A DNA stretch of 64,000 nucleotides from Alphaproteobacteria bacterium (GTDB lineage Bacteria; Pseudomonadota; Alphaproteobacteria; Thalassobaculales; Thalassobaculaceae). The stretch covers positions 7,238 through 71,237 of the forward strand of contig JANSYC010000002.1 of the NCBI GenBank assembly GCA_024742605.1, written 5' to 3'. Numbering within the stretch: the stretch's first letter is position 1; the number at the start of each line of letters is the position of its first letter. The position numbers and the translations under genes were made by a program. Positions 8,143-16,883 of the stretch are shown piece by piece. Below the pieces are notes generated by a model. The model did not search any database, had not been told where the DNA came from, and saw only the letters and a program-made list of their open reading frames with translations.

Positions 8143-9786
8143 ATGGACAACTTCGACTATGTGATCGTGGGCGCGGGTTCGGCGGGATCGGTATTGGCCA
8201 ACCGGTTGTCGGAAGACGGCACCGCGTCCGTTTGCGTGCTGGAAGCCGGGCCCAGCGACTGGCATCCGTTCATCCATATTCCCGCCGGGTTCATGAAGAC
8301 CATGACCGATCCACGGGTGAACTGGCTTTACAAAATGGAGCCGTCCCACTGGACCGGCGGACGGGCGATCGCCGCGCCGCGCGGCAAGACGCTGGGCGGA
8401 TCGAGCTCGATCAATGGCCATATCTACAATCGCGGCCAGAGCATGGATTTCGACACCTGGGCGCAGATGGGGAACCGGGGCTGGGGTTTCGCCGACGTGC
8501 TGCCCTATTTCAAGCGGGCGGAAGGCCGGGTCGGCGAGGACAAGGATGGCTATCACGGGCGCGACGGGCCGCTGACGGTGACCGATATCGACTGGCGTCA
8601 CCCGCTCTGCGACGCCTTCATCGAGGGAGCAGAGAGCATCGGCATCCCGCGTAATCCGGACTACAACGGACGCATTCAGGAGGGTGTCGCCTATGCTCAG
8701 CGGACGATCTCCGACGGACGTCGGATGAGTGCCGCCCGCGCCTATCTCCACCCGGCGATGAAGCGGCCGAACCTGACCGTCCGAACCGACGCCCACGCCA
8801 CCGGCCTGATCCTGGACGGCAAGCGGGCCGTCGGCGTCCGCTACAACAGGGGCGGACGGATGGGGGCGCCAGAAGAGGTCCGCGCCAATCGCGAGGTGAT
8901 CCTGTGCGGCGGGACCTACAACTCTCCCCAGCTTCTGCAGATCTCCGGCGTCGGCGATCCGGACCATCTGGGCAAGATCGGGGTGCAAGTACGGCACGCC
9001 CTGAAAGGCGTCGGCCAGAATCTGCGCGACCACTACGCCCCGCGCTTCGTCGCCCGCGTGAAGAACATCGATACCATCAACGAAAAGGTCAGGGGCCTCG
9101 GCCTGGCGCGCGAGGTGATGAAGTACGTGTTCACCCGGAAGGGGATTCTCGCGCTCAGCCCGACGCTGGTCTATTGCTTCTGGCGGTCCGAACCGGGAGT
9201 GGCGAACAGCGACCTGCAACTGACGTTCACGCCCGGCAGCTACAAGCAGGGTGTGCAGTCCCAGCTCGACGATTTCCCGGGCATGACCGTCGCGTCCTGG
9301 CAGCAGCGCCCGGAGAGCAAGGGACACGTACGGGCCGAGAGTTCCGATCCGTTCGATGCCCCGGTGATTCAGCCGAACTATCTGGCGGAGGAAAGTGACC
9401 GCCGGGTCCTGGTCGCTGGCATGAAACTGGCGCGCCGTCTGCTGGCAAGCGAACCCTTGAAACCCTATTACGATCTTGAGGAATACCCCGGCTCCGACTG
9501 CGTGACCGACGCGGATCTGCTGGAAGCCGCCCGGGAACGGGGAACCACCACCTTCCACCCGATGGGCTCCTGTAAAATGGGTCCGGATACAGATCCCACC
9601 GCCGTCGTCGACGACAATCTGCGGGTCCACGGCATGGAGAATCTGCGGGTGATCGATGCGTCGGTCATGCCGGTCATGCTTTCGGCCAATCTGAACGCCT
9701 CGGTGATCATGATCGCAGAGAAGGCCTCGGACATGATCCGGGGGCGCCCGGCCATGGAGGCGGAGTATCTTGCTGATTCCGCATGA
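8143..9786 (+). CDS. GMC family FAD-dependent oxidoreductase (choline dehydrogenase-like)
   Basis: MDNFDYVIVGAGSAGSVLANRLSED Rossmann start, GGSSSINGHIY, and C-terminal HPMGSCKMG active-site region. The track ORF begins 11 codons upstream (8110). Confidence 0.85.
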   Translation: MDNFDYVIVGAGSAGSVLANRLSEDGTASVCVLEAGPSDWHPFIHIPAGFMKTMTDPRVNWLYKMEPSHWTGGRAIAAPRGKTLGGSSSINGHIYNRGQSMDFDTWAQMGNRGWGFADVLPYFKRAEGRVGEDKDGYHGRDGPLTVTDIDWRHPLCDAFIEGAESIGIPRNPDYNGRIQEGVAYAQRTISDGRRMSAARAYLHPAMKRPNLTVRTDAHATGLILDGKRAVGVRYNRGGRMGAPEEVRANREVILCGGTYNSPQLLQISGVGDPDHLGKIGVQVRHALKGVGQNLRDHYAPRFVARVKNIDTINEKVRGLGLAREVMKYVFTRKGILALSPTLVYCFWRSEPGVANSDLQLTFTPGSYKQGVQSQLDDFPGMTVASWQQRPESKGHVRAESSDPFDAPVIQPNYLAEESDRRVLVAGMKLARRLLASEPLKPYYDLEEYPGSDCVTDADLLEAARERGTTTFHPMGSCKMGPDTDPTAVVDDNLRVHGMENLRVIDASVMPVMLSANLNASVIMIAEKASDMIRGRPAMEAEYLADSA

Positions 9787-9949
9787 TACTTCGTATTTGC
9801 AACAAATTGTCAAAAGTCTGCGATGGTGAAGTGGGCGCAGCGCCCTATATACATTAGGCGTGGGCTAACAATGCCTGGACTCCGGCCTTTCAAAAGCCGT
9901 GCATATGCCTGCCCATCCGACAGAACGTCTTGGGAGCAGACTGATTTCC

Positions 9950-11398
9950 ATGATGCCGTTCCGCCCATTCGCGTCCGCGATCCTGGTTGCGCTGTCCTTG
10001 GGCGTTGCGGCGCCGGACGCGGCTGCGATGCCCGACCAGGATCTGGAGCGGCGCGCCCGCAACGGTTCCGTCGAAGCCATGGTCAAGGTCGGCGAGCAAT
10101 ACCTTCAACAGGGCGACCAGCGCAGCCTGATCGAGGCCTTTGCCTGGCTTCATCTGGCGGATGAGTGGGGCGGCATGCCTCAGTACCTGTTCGGGCGGGA
10201 CCGCGACGCGCTTCGACGTCTGCAGGCCACAGAGGGGGATGAAGCGGTTCGAAAGGCCCAGGCGCTCTACGAGGAGCGGCGCGTTTCGGTTTTGGAGACA
10301 ATCGGTCGTATCGACCGGGAACGGGAGAACGGTCCTGCCAGTTTGGCCCTGGTTCCGGGGCTGGACGAGGTGCGTCGGAAGGTCGGGCGGCTGATCCTGA
10401 CCTACAAGGGCGGGAACGCCCGGGGCTGTACCGCTACGCTGGTCGATCCGCTGCACGTGCTGACGGCGGCTCACTGCGTGGAAGACCAGACGAGCGGGGA
10501 TACGGCCATGGCGGCCTATTTCCTTCCTGGCTATTCGGGGTCGGTCGGCGACCAGGCACAGGCCGCCGTCGCAGATCGGGCGATCTGGGATCCCGCCTGG
10601 AAGGACCTGGGACACTCGCCGGACGTGGCCATCGTCCGGCTGCAGGCCTCTCCGCAAGGCGACCCGATCACGGTGGCGACGAACGGCTATCTGGCCTTCG
10701 ACGCGCCGAGTGCCCCCATCGTCAACACCGAAGTACGCCTGATCGGCTATCCCTTTGCCGAAGAGGAAACCCCGAATGAAATGCCGGTTGAGCGTCTGGT
10801 TGATCGCAACTGTGTCGTCAGCGACACCCCGGACGGCCTGATGCTGCAATCGACCGATCTCTGCGATATGGCACAAGGGGCCTCCGGCGGACCGGTTCTG
10901 GTCTGGGACGCGGAAGCGAACCGGGTCGAGATCGTGGGTGTGACCTCCTTCATCGCACCGCGGGACGGGGATGCGTTCTTTGCCCGGATGACGCCGGAAG
11001 TCCGCGATCGCGTCGCCGGTTGGATCGCCAATGACCCCCCGGTCACCACCGGCGGGATCGTCGCCCGGAACCTGATTCCGCGCCCGATCTATTGGATGTC
11101 GGTCCGCAACGAGTGCGGCAATGCGGTTCGGGCCGGCGCCATCGGCCGCCCCTACGACAGCAACACCTCGCGGACCTATGTTCGGGAAATTCCAGCGCAT
11201 TCCACCGGTATCATAGCCGGCCCCTTGAGCGAGGCCGACCCGGTGGTGAACGTCACCGACATGTCGACCGGGCGCATCCTGTTCGGCGAAGGCGGCCAGC
11301 GTTTCAGCATTGGCGGCGTGACGGTACCGGCCGATACCGTGTCCGGCGGCGGCTACGGGCGGATCGGGCTGACGGTCCGCTGCGCGGAGACCGGCTGA
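9950..11398 (+). CDS. Secreted trypsin-like (S1) serine protease with N-terminal Sel1-like region and unassigned C-terminal domain
   Basis: Signal peptide MMPFRPFASAILVALSLGVAAPDAAA. Catalytic-triad contexts are LTAAHC, DVAIVRL and GASGGPV. The N-terminal GSVEAMVKVGEQYLQQGD...AFAWLHLA is Sel1/TPR-like. The track ORF starts at 9899. Confidence 0.75.
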   Translation: MMPFRPFASAILVALSLGVAAPDAAAMPDQDLERRARNGSVEAMVKVGEQYLQQGDQRSLIEAFAWLHLADEWGGMPQYLFGRDRDALRRLQATEGDEAVRKAQALYEERRVSVLETIGRIDRERENGPASLALVPGLDEVRRKVGRLILTYKGGNARGCTATLVDPLHVLTAAHCVEDQTSGDTAMAAYFLPGYSGSVGDQAQAAVADRAIWDPAWKDLGHSPDVAIVRLQASPQGDPITVATNGYLAFDAPSAPIVNTEVRLIGYPFAEEETPNEMPVERLVDRNCVVSDTPDGLMLQSTDLCDMAQGASGGPVLVWDAEANRVEIVGVTSFIAPRDGDAFFARMTPEVRDRVAGWIANDPPVTTGGIVARNLIPRPIYWMSVRNECGNAVRAGAIGRPYDSNTSRTYVREIPAHSTGIIAGPLSEADPVVNVTDMSTGRILFGEGGQRFSIGGVTVPADTVSGGGYGRIGLTVRCAETG

Positions 11399-11475
11399 GG
11401 CCGGCTGCCGCTCCCGACCTCGCCAGACACCGTCCTCCCCTGGACAGCCGGCCCGGCGCATCGTCTCATGGGAGC

Positions 11476-12306
11476 ATGAGATTCGGTGTTCTCAGCCTCC
11501 TGGCCTTGTGCATGGTGGTCCCTGCGGCCTCCGGCCCCGCGCGCGCGGCCGATACGGCCGTCGATCTGGAGCTGGTTCTGGCGGTCGACGTCTCAGGCTC
11601 GATCGATCCGGAGGAAGCCCTCCTGCAACGCCAGGGCTATCTGGCCGCCCTGACCAGCCCCGAGGTGATCGCGGCCATCACCGGCGGGCCGCACGGACGG
11701 GTCGCCCTGACCTATGTGGAATGGGCCGGAATCACCTGGCTGGGCGTCGACCAGAACAGGGTGGTGGCCGGGTGGCATTTGGTGGACGGGGAAGAGAGCG
11801 CGCGGGTCTTCGCGCAGAAGATCGCCGCCGCCGATTTCATCGGTGGCCGGCGCACGTCGATCTCCGGCGTCATCCAATACGTGATGCCGATGTTCGAGGA
11901 CAACGCGTTCATCGGCACCCGACAGGTGATCGATATCTCCGGCGACGGGCCGAACAACAACGGTGCCCCGGTCCTGCGGGCCCGTGAGGAGGCGCTGATG
12001 GCTGGGATCGGGATCAACGGGCTGGCGATCCTGAACGACGGACCCGGCCCGCTCGGCTACCCGGTTCTGGAGGATCTGGATATCTACTATGAGGAATGCG
12101 TGATCGCCGGACCCGGCGCGTTCGTGCTGGTCGCCGAGGGGCTGGTGGATTTCGCGCGGGCGATCCGACGGAAACTGGTGCTGGAGATCGCCCGCAGGGT
12201 CCCTCCGGAGGCCGCACCGTCGGTTCGGAGGGTGTCCGGCTACGACTGCATGATCGGCGAGCGGCAATTGCAGGACTGGCTCCGCAACAACCCTTTTGAC
12301 CACTGA
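11476..12306 (+). CDS. Secreted DUF1194 (vWA-like) domain protein
   Basis: MRFGVLSLLALCMVVPAASGPARA signal peptide, then LELVLAVDVSGSID (MIDAS-like DxSGS)...VIDISGDGPNN...INGLAI, as I recall for DUF1194. The upstream part of track ORF 11092.. is an out-of-context Arg-rich extension overlapping the protease gene. Confidence 0.7.
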   Translation: MRFGVLSLLALCMVVPAASGPARAADTAVDLELVLAVDVSGSIDPEEALLQRQGYLAALTSPEVIAAITGGPHGRVALTYVEWAGITWLGVDQNRVVAGWHLVDGEESARVFAQKIAAADFIGGRRTSISGVIQYVMPMFEDNAFIGTRQVIDISGDGPNNNGAPVLRAREEALMAGIGINGLAILNDGPGPLGYPVLEDLDIYYEECVIAGPGAFVLVAEGLVDFARAIRRKLVLEIARRVPPEAAPSVRRVSGYDCMIGERQLQDWLRNNPFDH

Positions 12307-12348
12307 CCCCGCGACGGACAGGCGACGTGTGTCCGGAAACTGTCCGGC

Positions 12349-14070
12349 TTAGGCCCCCATGAAGCCGCAGCGGTGCAGCTGCACATGGAACCGGCGCAGC
12401 ACCTCGTCCTTCTCGTCATCCGGCACGTCCTTGACCATCTCGACCTCGAAATTCGGCCGGCGCAGGTGCTTGACGATGATCTTGCGGGCCAGGGTCGAGG
12501 CCTTGCCCTCCGGCAGCACATCGGGCGTGCACATGGACAGAAGCATGAACGCGCGGAGATGCAGGGGGCGCGACGGGTCGTCGATCCGTTCCAGGATCCG
12601 ATCCTCAACGATATAATTGGCCAGTATCTCGTCCAGGCTCCCCAGAATTCGCCGCTTGGCCATCTCGGTCAATTCGGCCGCGCCCACCTTGTGAAACACG
12701 GCGGTGACGGCCTGCATTTTTTTGTTCGGCGCCCGATCGTCCCGGACAATCTGGCGGATCTGGTCGGGACGGATGAACAACCCCTCCAGCTGCATGCTGA
12801 TCTCATCGGACAGATCCTGGCCGATGCGGCTGTCCTTCAGGGACAACAGATAGCTCGCCTTCTGCACCGGTTCGCTGAACATCGGCAGCATCCGGCCGGT
12901 CGCTTCCTTCAGACCAGCCAGCCCGCCCTTGTTGATGATCCGCGACTGCCGGCTGGTCAGTGCCTGCGCCATCGCGCCGCCCCCGACCAGATCATCCGAC
13001 GGGTCGATGACCTTCGTCACAAACCCCCGAAACGCCTCGACCTGCTTGTCCGGATCGCCCTTGATCAAGGGATTCTTGCTGTCCAGACCCCGGCAAACCC
13101 GGTCGATCAGGACATGCCGGGTATCCGGAAATCCGCCTTCCGCCATGAGGGCGTTCAAGCGGCCTGCGACGGCGGCCGGAGAGTCCGGGTCATTGCCGCC
13201 ATCCTCCGACTGATAGGCCCCCGACGAAAGTTCGACGATCGACCCCAGAGCCGAAATCAGATCCGGCTGAAGGCCCATGAGATCCTGGATCACGGTTGGA
13301 TTTGCCGCGGTGTCGGCGAGAAACCCGTCCGACAGGGCCCGGGCCCGCGCATCCGTGGTCGGCTCGGCCCACTCCATGGTCTGCAGCATCTTGCCGAAAA
13401 AATTGCGCTCCTGAACCAGTTCCCGGGTCATGGTCACACGTGCGAGATAGGTGCCCTCTTCGCCTCGGCTGTCCAACAATTCGACCACGGTCGGCTCGAA
13501 GCCGGCCGCCTTGATGCTCGGGAGCTTCATTTCCGAAGCCTCCTTCGCCCGCGCGAGAACCTGATCGACAAATCCAAACAGCTCGTCCCGACGCTGGTTG
13601 ACCGTCAGATCCTCCCGGCCTTTGGCCTGTAGGGTGGCAACCTTGCCGATCGCCGACACCATGATCGTGTCGGCATCGATCGCCCGCTTCAGCTCCCTGA
13701 AGTCATGCATCGCTTCCGTGGCCGTGACCCCGGTCTTATCGAGATATGCACGGAACAGCCGGTTGATGGTGGACCGCCCCTGCAGGGCGAACAGGTCCTC
13801 CGGACTCTGGCAGTCGGGCGCTTCTTCAATGTCGCCAACCGCAATACGTCCCGCGCTACCGGACTGGCTGGTTTGCTCGAAGACGACGGTTTCACGGGAG
13901 GTCGTGCCGGTGACAACCTCTCGGACCACCTTAACCGCGGCAACACCTTTTCCGCGCAAAAGCGTGCGGGCCTGAGACTCCGCGTCTTCCTGACCTTCCG
14001 CCGTCCGATCAATCGTCCAGCGTCCCTCACGCTGGACATGAATCTCGAAGATTTGGCTACCGCCTGCCAT
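12349..14070 (-). CDS. Hypothetical protein, 573 aa, soluble, no family recognised
   Basis: Long uninterrupted ORF with normal amino-acid composition (MAGGSQIFEIHVQREGRWTIDRTAEG...). No TM segments or catalytic motifs that I can name. The antisense ORF 12373..13632(+) is Arg/Pro/His-rich and rejected. Confidence 0.7.
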   Translation of the reverse strand: MAGGSQIFEIHVQREGRWTIDRTAEGQEDAESQARTLLRGKGVAAVKVVREVVTGTTSRETVVFEQTSQSGSAGRIAVGDIEEAPDCQSPEDLFALQGRSTINRLFRAYLDKTGVTATEAMHDFRELKRAIDADTIMVSAIGKVATLQAKGREDLTVNQRRDELFGFVDQVLARAKEASEMKLPSIKAAGFEPTVVELLDSRGEEGTYLARVTMTRELVQERNFFGKMLQTMEWAEPTTDARARALSDGFLADTAANPTVIQDLMGLQPDLISALGSIVELSSGAYQSEDGGNDPDSPAAVAGRLNALMAEGGFPDTRHVLIDRVCRGLDSKNPLIKGDPDKQVEAFRGFVTKVIDPSDDLVGGGAMAQALTSRQSRIINKGGLAGLKEATGRMLPMFSEPVQKASYLLSLKDSRIGQDLSDEISMQLEGLFIRPDQIRQIVRDDRAPNKKMQAVTAVFHKVGAAELTEMAKRRILGSLDEILANYIVEDRILERIDDPSRPLHLRAFMLLSMCTPDVLPEGKASTLARKIIVKHLRRPNFEVEMVKDVPDDEKDEVLRRFHVQLHRCGFMGA

Positions 14071-14234
14071 GACCGTCCTTAGAGCAATCCCACCTTAGGA
14101 GCGGATATCCATCCCGGTGGAACTGTATGCCACCCAACAGTTGCAGGGAAGTCCGGCCGGCAGAAACTCTCGCTTTGACTCCGAAGATGGACCCGGGCCT
14201 TTTCTTCATTCTGTTACGTCCCATCTTACTATAG

Positions 14235-15248
14235 ATGAACCAGTTCCCGCCCGCGTACCGGACTTCGACCGAGGTCTTTGACCCGGAGACGGCGACTGCC
14301 GTTGTGGACGCGGCAATCGGGCGGTTTTTCGATGCCCGGAGAGAGAGAATCGGGCCTTTTGTCGACCGAACCTTCAGTTTCCGCGGCAGCGCCAGTATCC
14401 ACAGACGGGCTTTCGGCTGGGACCTTCTTCGGGCGCCGGCCAATCTGGCCTTGGTGCCCATTCAGGTCGGCACCATGCTGTCGGGTTCCGCAGCCCGACA
14501 AATGGGTGCGACGAAAGCCGCGTATTGGCTGAGCAGCCGACAGGTCCTGCTGCGGACAGATGTGGATCGGGAGATCGAATGGCGGCTGTGGAGCGATCTG
14601 CTGGAACTGCCTTTTGAAACCACCGGACGTATTTCCCGGCGCGACGCTCTGGCCGAAGCCATGTTCGAAGACCCGAGACTGCATGCGGCCATCGCCGAGC
14701 CGCTCGCGGAAATCGCACGCCACGCCGACGATAGAGAACTACGGCAAAAGATCGAAAGCACTGTCGCGACGTATACCGGTACCCGGCACGCAGCGGCAGA
14801 CATTGTGGGCGCCATGGTCAATGCCGGGACCGGCTATATCGCGGCACAGCAATTGACCCCCAGCGTCTGGACCTTGGGGCCCGTGCTCGCCACCACAATC
14901 GCCAACCACATGGCGATGGGCGGTTTTCCTCTTGGAGCCACGATCGGTGGACTTTGGTACAGCATGTTCCCGGCCACGGTCGGCCCGGTGCTGATAGGTG
15001 CCACAACGGCCGGTCTGGCGGCGATCGGCGCGGTGGTCGCCGCCTTCGCGGGTATCGTCGCAGACCCGGCGCAGAGAGCGCTCGGCATACACAGGCGGCG
15101 ATTGGTCAAAATGCTGGATACGCTGGAACTCGGCTTCCGGGGCGACAGCGGCGCGCAATATGCTCCGAAGGATCACTACGTGGCACGTTTGATCGATTTC
15201 GTAGACATGGTGCGGGCGGCCCATAAGGTGATTCGCGGGACCACATGA
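14235..15248 (+). CDS. Hypothetical membrane protein, 337 aa, Gly/Ala-rich C-terminal helices
   Basis: ORF 337 aa. Soluble N-terminal ~190 aa, then hydrophobic Gly-rich segments (GAMVNAGTGYIAAQ, GGFPLGATIGGLWYSMFPATVGPVLIGATTAGLAAIGAVVAAFAGIV). Divergent from the 573-aa gene. Confidence 0.65.
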   Translation: MNQFPPAYRTSTEVFDPETATAVVDAAIGRFFDARRERIGPFVDRTFSFRGSASIHRRAFGWDLLRAPANLALVPIQVGTMLSGSAARQMGATKAAYWLSSRQVLLRTDVDREIEWRLWSDLLELPFETTGRISRRDALAEAMFEDPRLHAAIAEPLAEIARHADDRELRQKIESTVATYTGTRHAAADIVGAMVNAGTGYIAAQQLTPSVWTLGPVLATTIANHMAMGGFPLGATIGGLWYSMFPATVGPVLIGATTAGLAAIGAVVAAFAGIVADPAQRALGIHRRRLVKMLDTLELGFRGDSGAQYAPKDHYVARLIDFVDMVRAAHKVIRGTT

Positions 15249-15332
15249 CGACAGATGTCTTGACGGCCAGGGTTATCCCCGTGAAGGTTTCGTGGTGTTT
15301 TCTGATGGGTGACTTTCGCGAGGGTTTAGCCG

Positions 15333-16382
15333 ATGTCCCAGACATCCATACCGGCTCCCGACGGCGCTTTCGAACCCACGACGCTCGATCCCGCCCTGAT
15401 CGGACGTCAGATCGCGTTTCAGGACATTCCCGTCGTCGATCTGGCGGCTCTGATAGACGTCTCCGATGAGGCCTCCGTCGCCGAACGGTTGGGATGGGCC
15501 GCCGAACATGTGGGGTTCCTCTATGTGGCCAACCACGGGGTGCCGCAGGACCTGATCGATCGGATGTTCGAGATGTCGCGACGGTTCTTCGCGCAACCTC
15601 TGGAGACAAAGACCGCGTTGCATATCCGGCAGTCGCCCGTTCATCGCGGATATTTTCCGACCTTCGAGGAGAACACGGACCCGGACCTCACGGCCGACCT
15701 GAAAGAAGGGTTCGACATGGGTCGCCACCTGGAATCGGACGATCCCGATGTCCGGCGCGGCTTGCCTCTGCACGGCCCCAATCAATGGCCGGACACCGTC
15801 GACGGCTTTCGCGAGACCGCTGACGCGTATTTCACCGCCATGCGCGGCCTTGGGGAAACTATATTGCGGGGGTTCGCCATCGCCTTGGATCTGCCGCCCC
15901 ACTTCTTCGCGGCCAAGGTGAATAGACCCCTCGCCCAGCTCCGGTTGCTCCACTACCCGCCGCAAGCCGGTTTCGTGGAGAGCAAGACAATGGGGTGCGG
16001 CGCGCATACCGACTACGGGTGTCTGACCATACTGGCACAGGATCCGAATGGTGGGCTCCAAGTGCGCAACGCAGCCGGAGACTGGATCTCGGCACCGCCG
16101 GTACCGGGAACATTCGTCATCAACCTGGGAGACCAGATGGCCCGGTGGACCAATGGCAGATTCGCCGCAACGCCGCACCGGGTGATCAATGTCAGCGGAA
16201 AGGAACGCTATTCCATGCCGTTCTTCTTCGATCCCAATTTCGAGACCTGGATCGATCCACTGGAGAGCTGCGTAACCGAGACCCGCCCGGCGATGTTTCA
16301 GCGGGTCCAGGCCGGCCCGTATCTCCTGTCAAGATTCGACGCCACCTTCAGCTACCGCAAGGGAAGCGAACCGACCGTCTAG
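15333..16382 (+). CDS. 2-oxoglutarate/Fe(II)-dependent oxygenase (isopenicillin N synthase-like family)
   Basis: ORF 349 aa. IPVVDL...GFLYVANHGVP N-terminal DIOX_N-like part; HTDYGCLTIL...D...RYSMPFF (H-x-D...H facial-triad context, ATPHRV). Confidence 0.8.
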   Translation: MSQTSIPAPDGAFEPTTLDPALIGRQIAFQDIPVVDLAALIDVSDEASVAERLGWAAEHVGFLYVANHGVPQDLIDRMFEMSRRFFAQPLETKTALHIRQSPVHRGYFPTFEENTDPDLTADLKEGFDMGRHLESDDPDVRRGLPLHGPNQWPDTVDGFRETADAYFTAMRGLGETILRGFAIALDLPPHFFAAKVNRPLAQLRLLHYPPQAGFVESKTMGCGAHTDYGCLTILAQDPNGGLQVRNAAGDWISAPPVPGTFVINLGDQMARWTNGRFAATPHRVINVSGKERYSMPFFFDPNFETWIDPLESCVTETRPAMFQRVQAGPYLLSRFDATFSYRKGSEPTV

Positions 16383-16873
16383 CTCCGCATGAAGGGCGGC
16401 GGCGGAGGCGGCATATCGGGCTTCGCCGCATCCAGGCCGAGGGCATTCCGCGCCTCCCGATGGGCCGGATCGATCGCGACGCATTGCTCCCAGCACAGTC
16501 GGGCCTGGTCAGGCTGGTCCAGTTTCTCAAACGCGATCCCGAGGCCGTACCAGCTCTCGGCATCCCGCGGATCCACATAGATCGCACGGCGCAGACTGCC
16601 CGCCGTCTCGGACCACCATCCGGCACGGGCGCACACTTTCGCCATATGGATCAGGAAAACAGGCTCCTCCGGCTCCAACGCCAGAGCGCGCCCGATCAGC
16701 TCAGCCGCCTCCTGCAGACGATTGTTCTCCAGAGCCAGAACCGATTTCACGTTCAGGCTGCGAGCGGTGTCCGGCAGGTCCTTGGTAACCTTTTGATAAA
16801 GCCGCTCCAACCCGCCGATCCCGCTGCCGCCGGTTCCGCCACCCCCTCCACTAGATCCGCCAGGAAACGCCAT
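16379..16873 (-). CDS. TPR repeat protein with Gly-rich N-terminus and Pro-rich C-terminus
   Basis: ORF 16379..16909(-). Start moved to MAFPGGSSGGGGG (16873) to avoid overlap with the mtnP stop at 16884. TPR-like AESWYGLGIAFEKLDQPDQARLCWEQCVAIDPAHREA. Confidence 0.6.
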   Translation of the reverse strand: MAFPGGSSGGGGGTGGSGIGGLERLYQKVTKDLPDTARSLNVKSVLALENNRLQEAAELIGRALALEPEEPVFLIHMAKVCARAGWWSETAGSLRRAIYVDPRDAESWYGLGIAFEKLDQPDQARLCWEQCVAIDPAHREARNALGLDAAKPDMPPPPPPFMRS

Positions 16874-16883
16874 GAAGCCCCAC

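Noticed and set aside
9797-9807. The 11-mer TTGCAACAAAT occurs at 9797..9807 and again at 46058..46068, each 80-150 bp upstream of a plus-strand gene
   Set aside because: There are only two copies, both in AT-rich spacers where such words are more likely. I cannot evaluate significance without genome-wide counts. A sigma-54 -24/-12 reading fails because the GG-N10-GC spacing and the GG dinucleotide are not satisfied.
11092-11475. N-terminal extensions of track ORFs (here 11092..11475; also 7282..7380, 52468..52821, 55040..55207, 2330..2623, 43430..43609)
   Set aside because: The extensions overlap the preceding gene or are Arg/Pro-rich with no signal-peptide logic. Internal starts give canonical N-termini (signal peptides, P-loop, SD sequences).
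16389-16420. GGC/GGA-rich simple repeat (and a similar one near 16830..16870)
   Set aside because: On the minus strand these repeats encode the Pro-rich C-terminus and Gly-rich N-terminus of the TPR protein. They are coding low-complexity sequence, not a structural repeat or CRISPR-like array.
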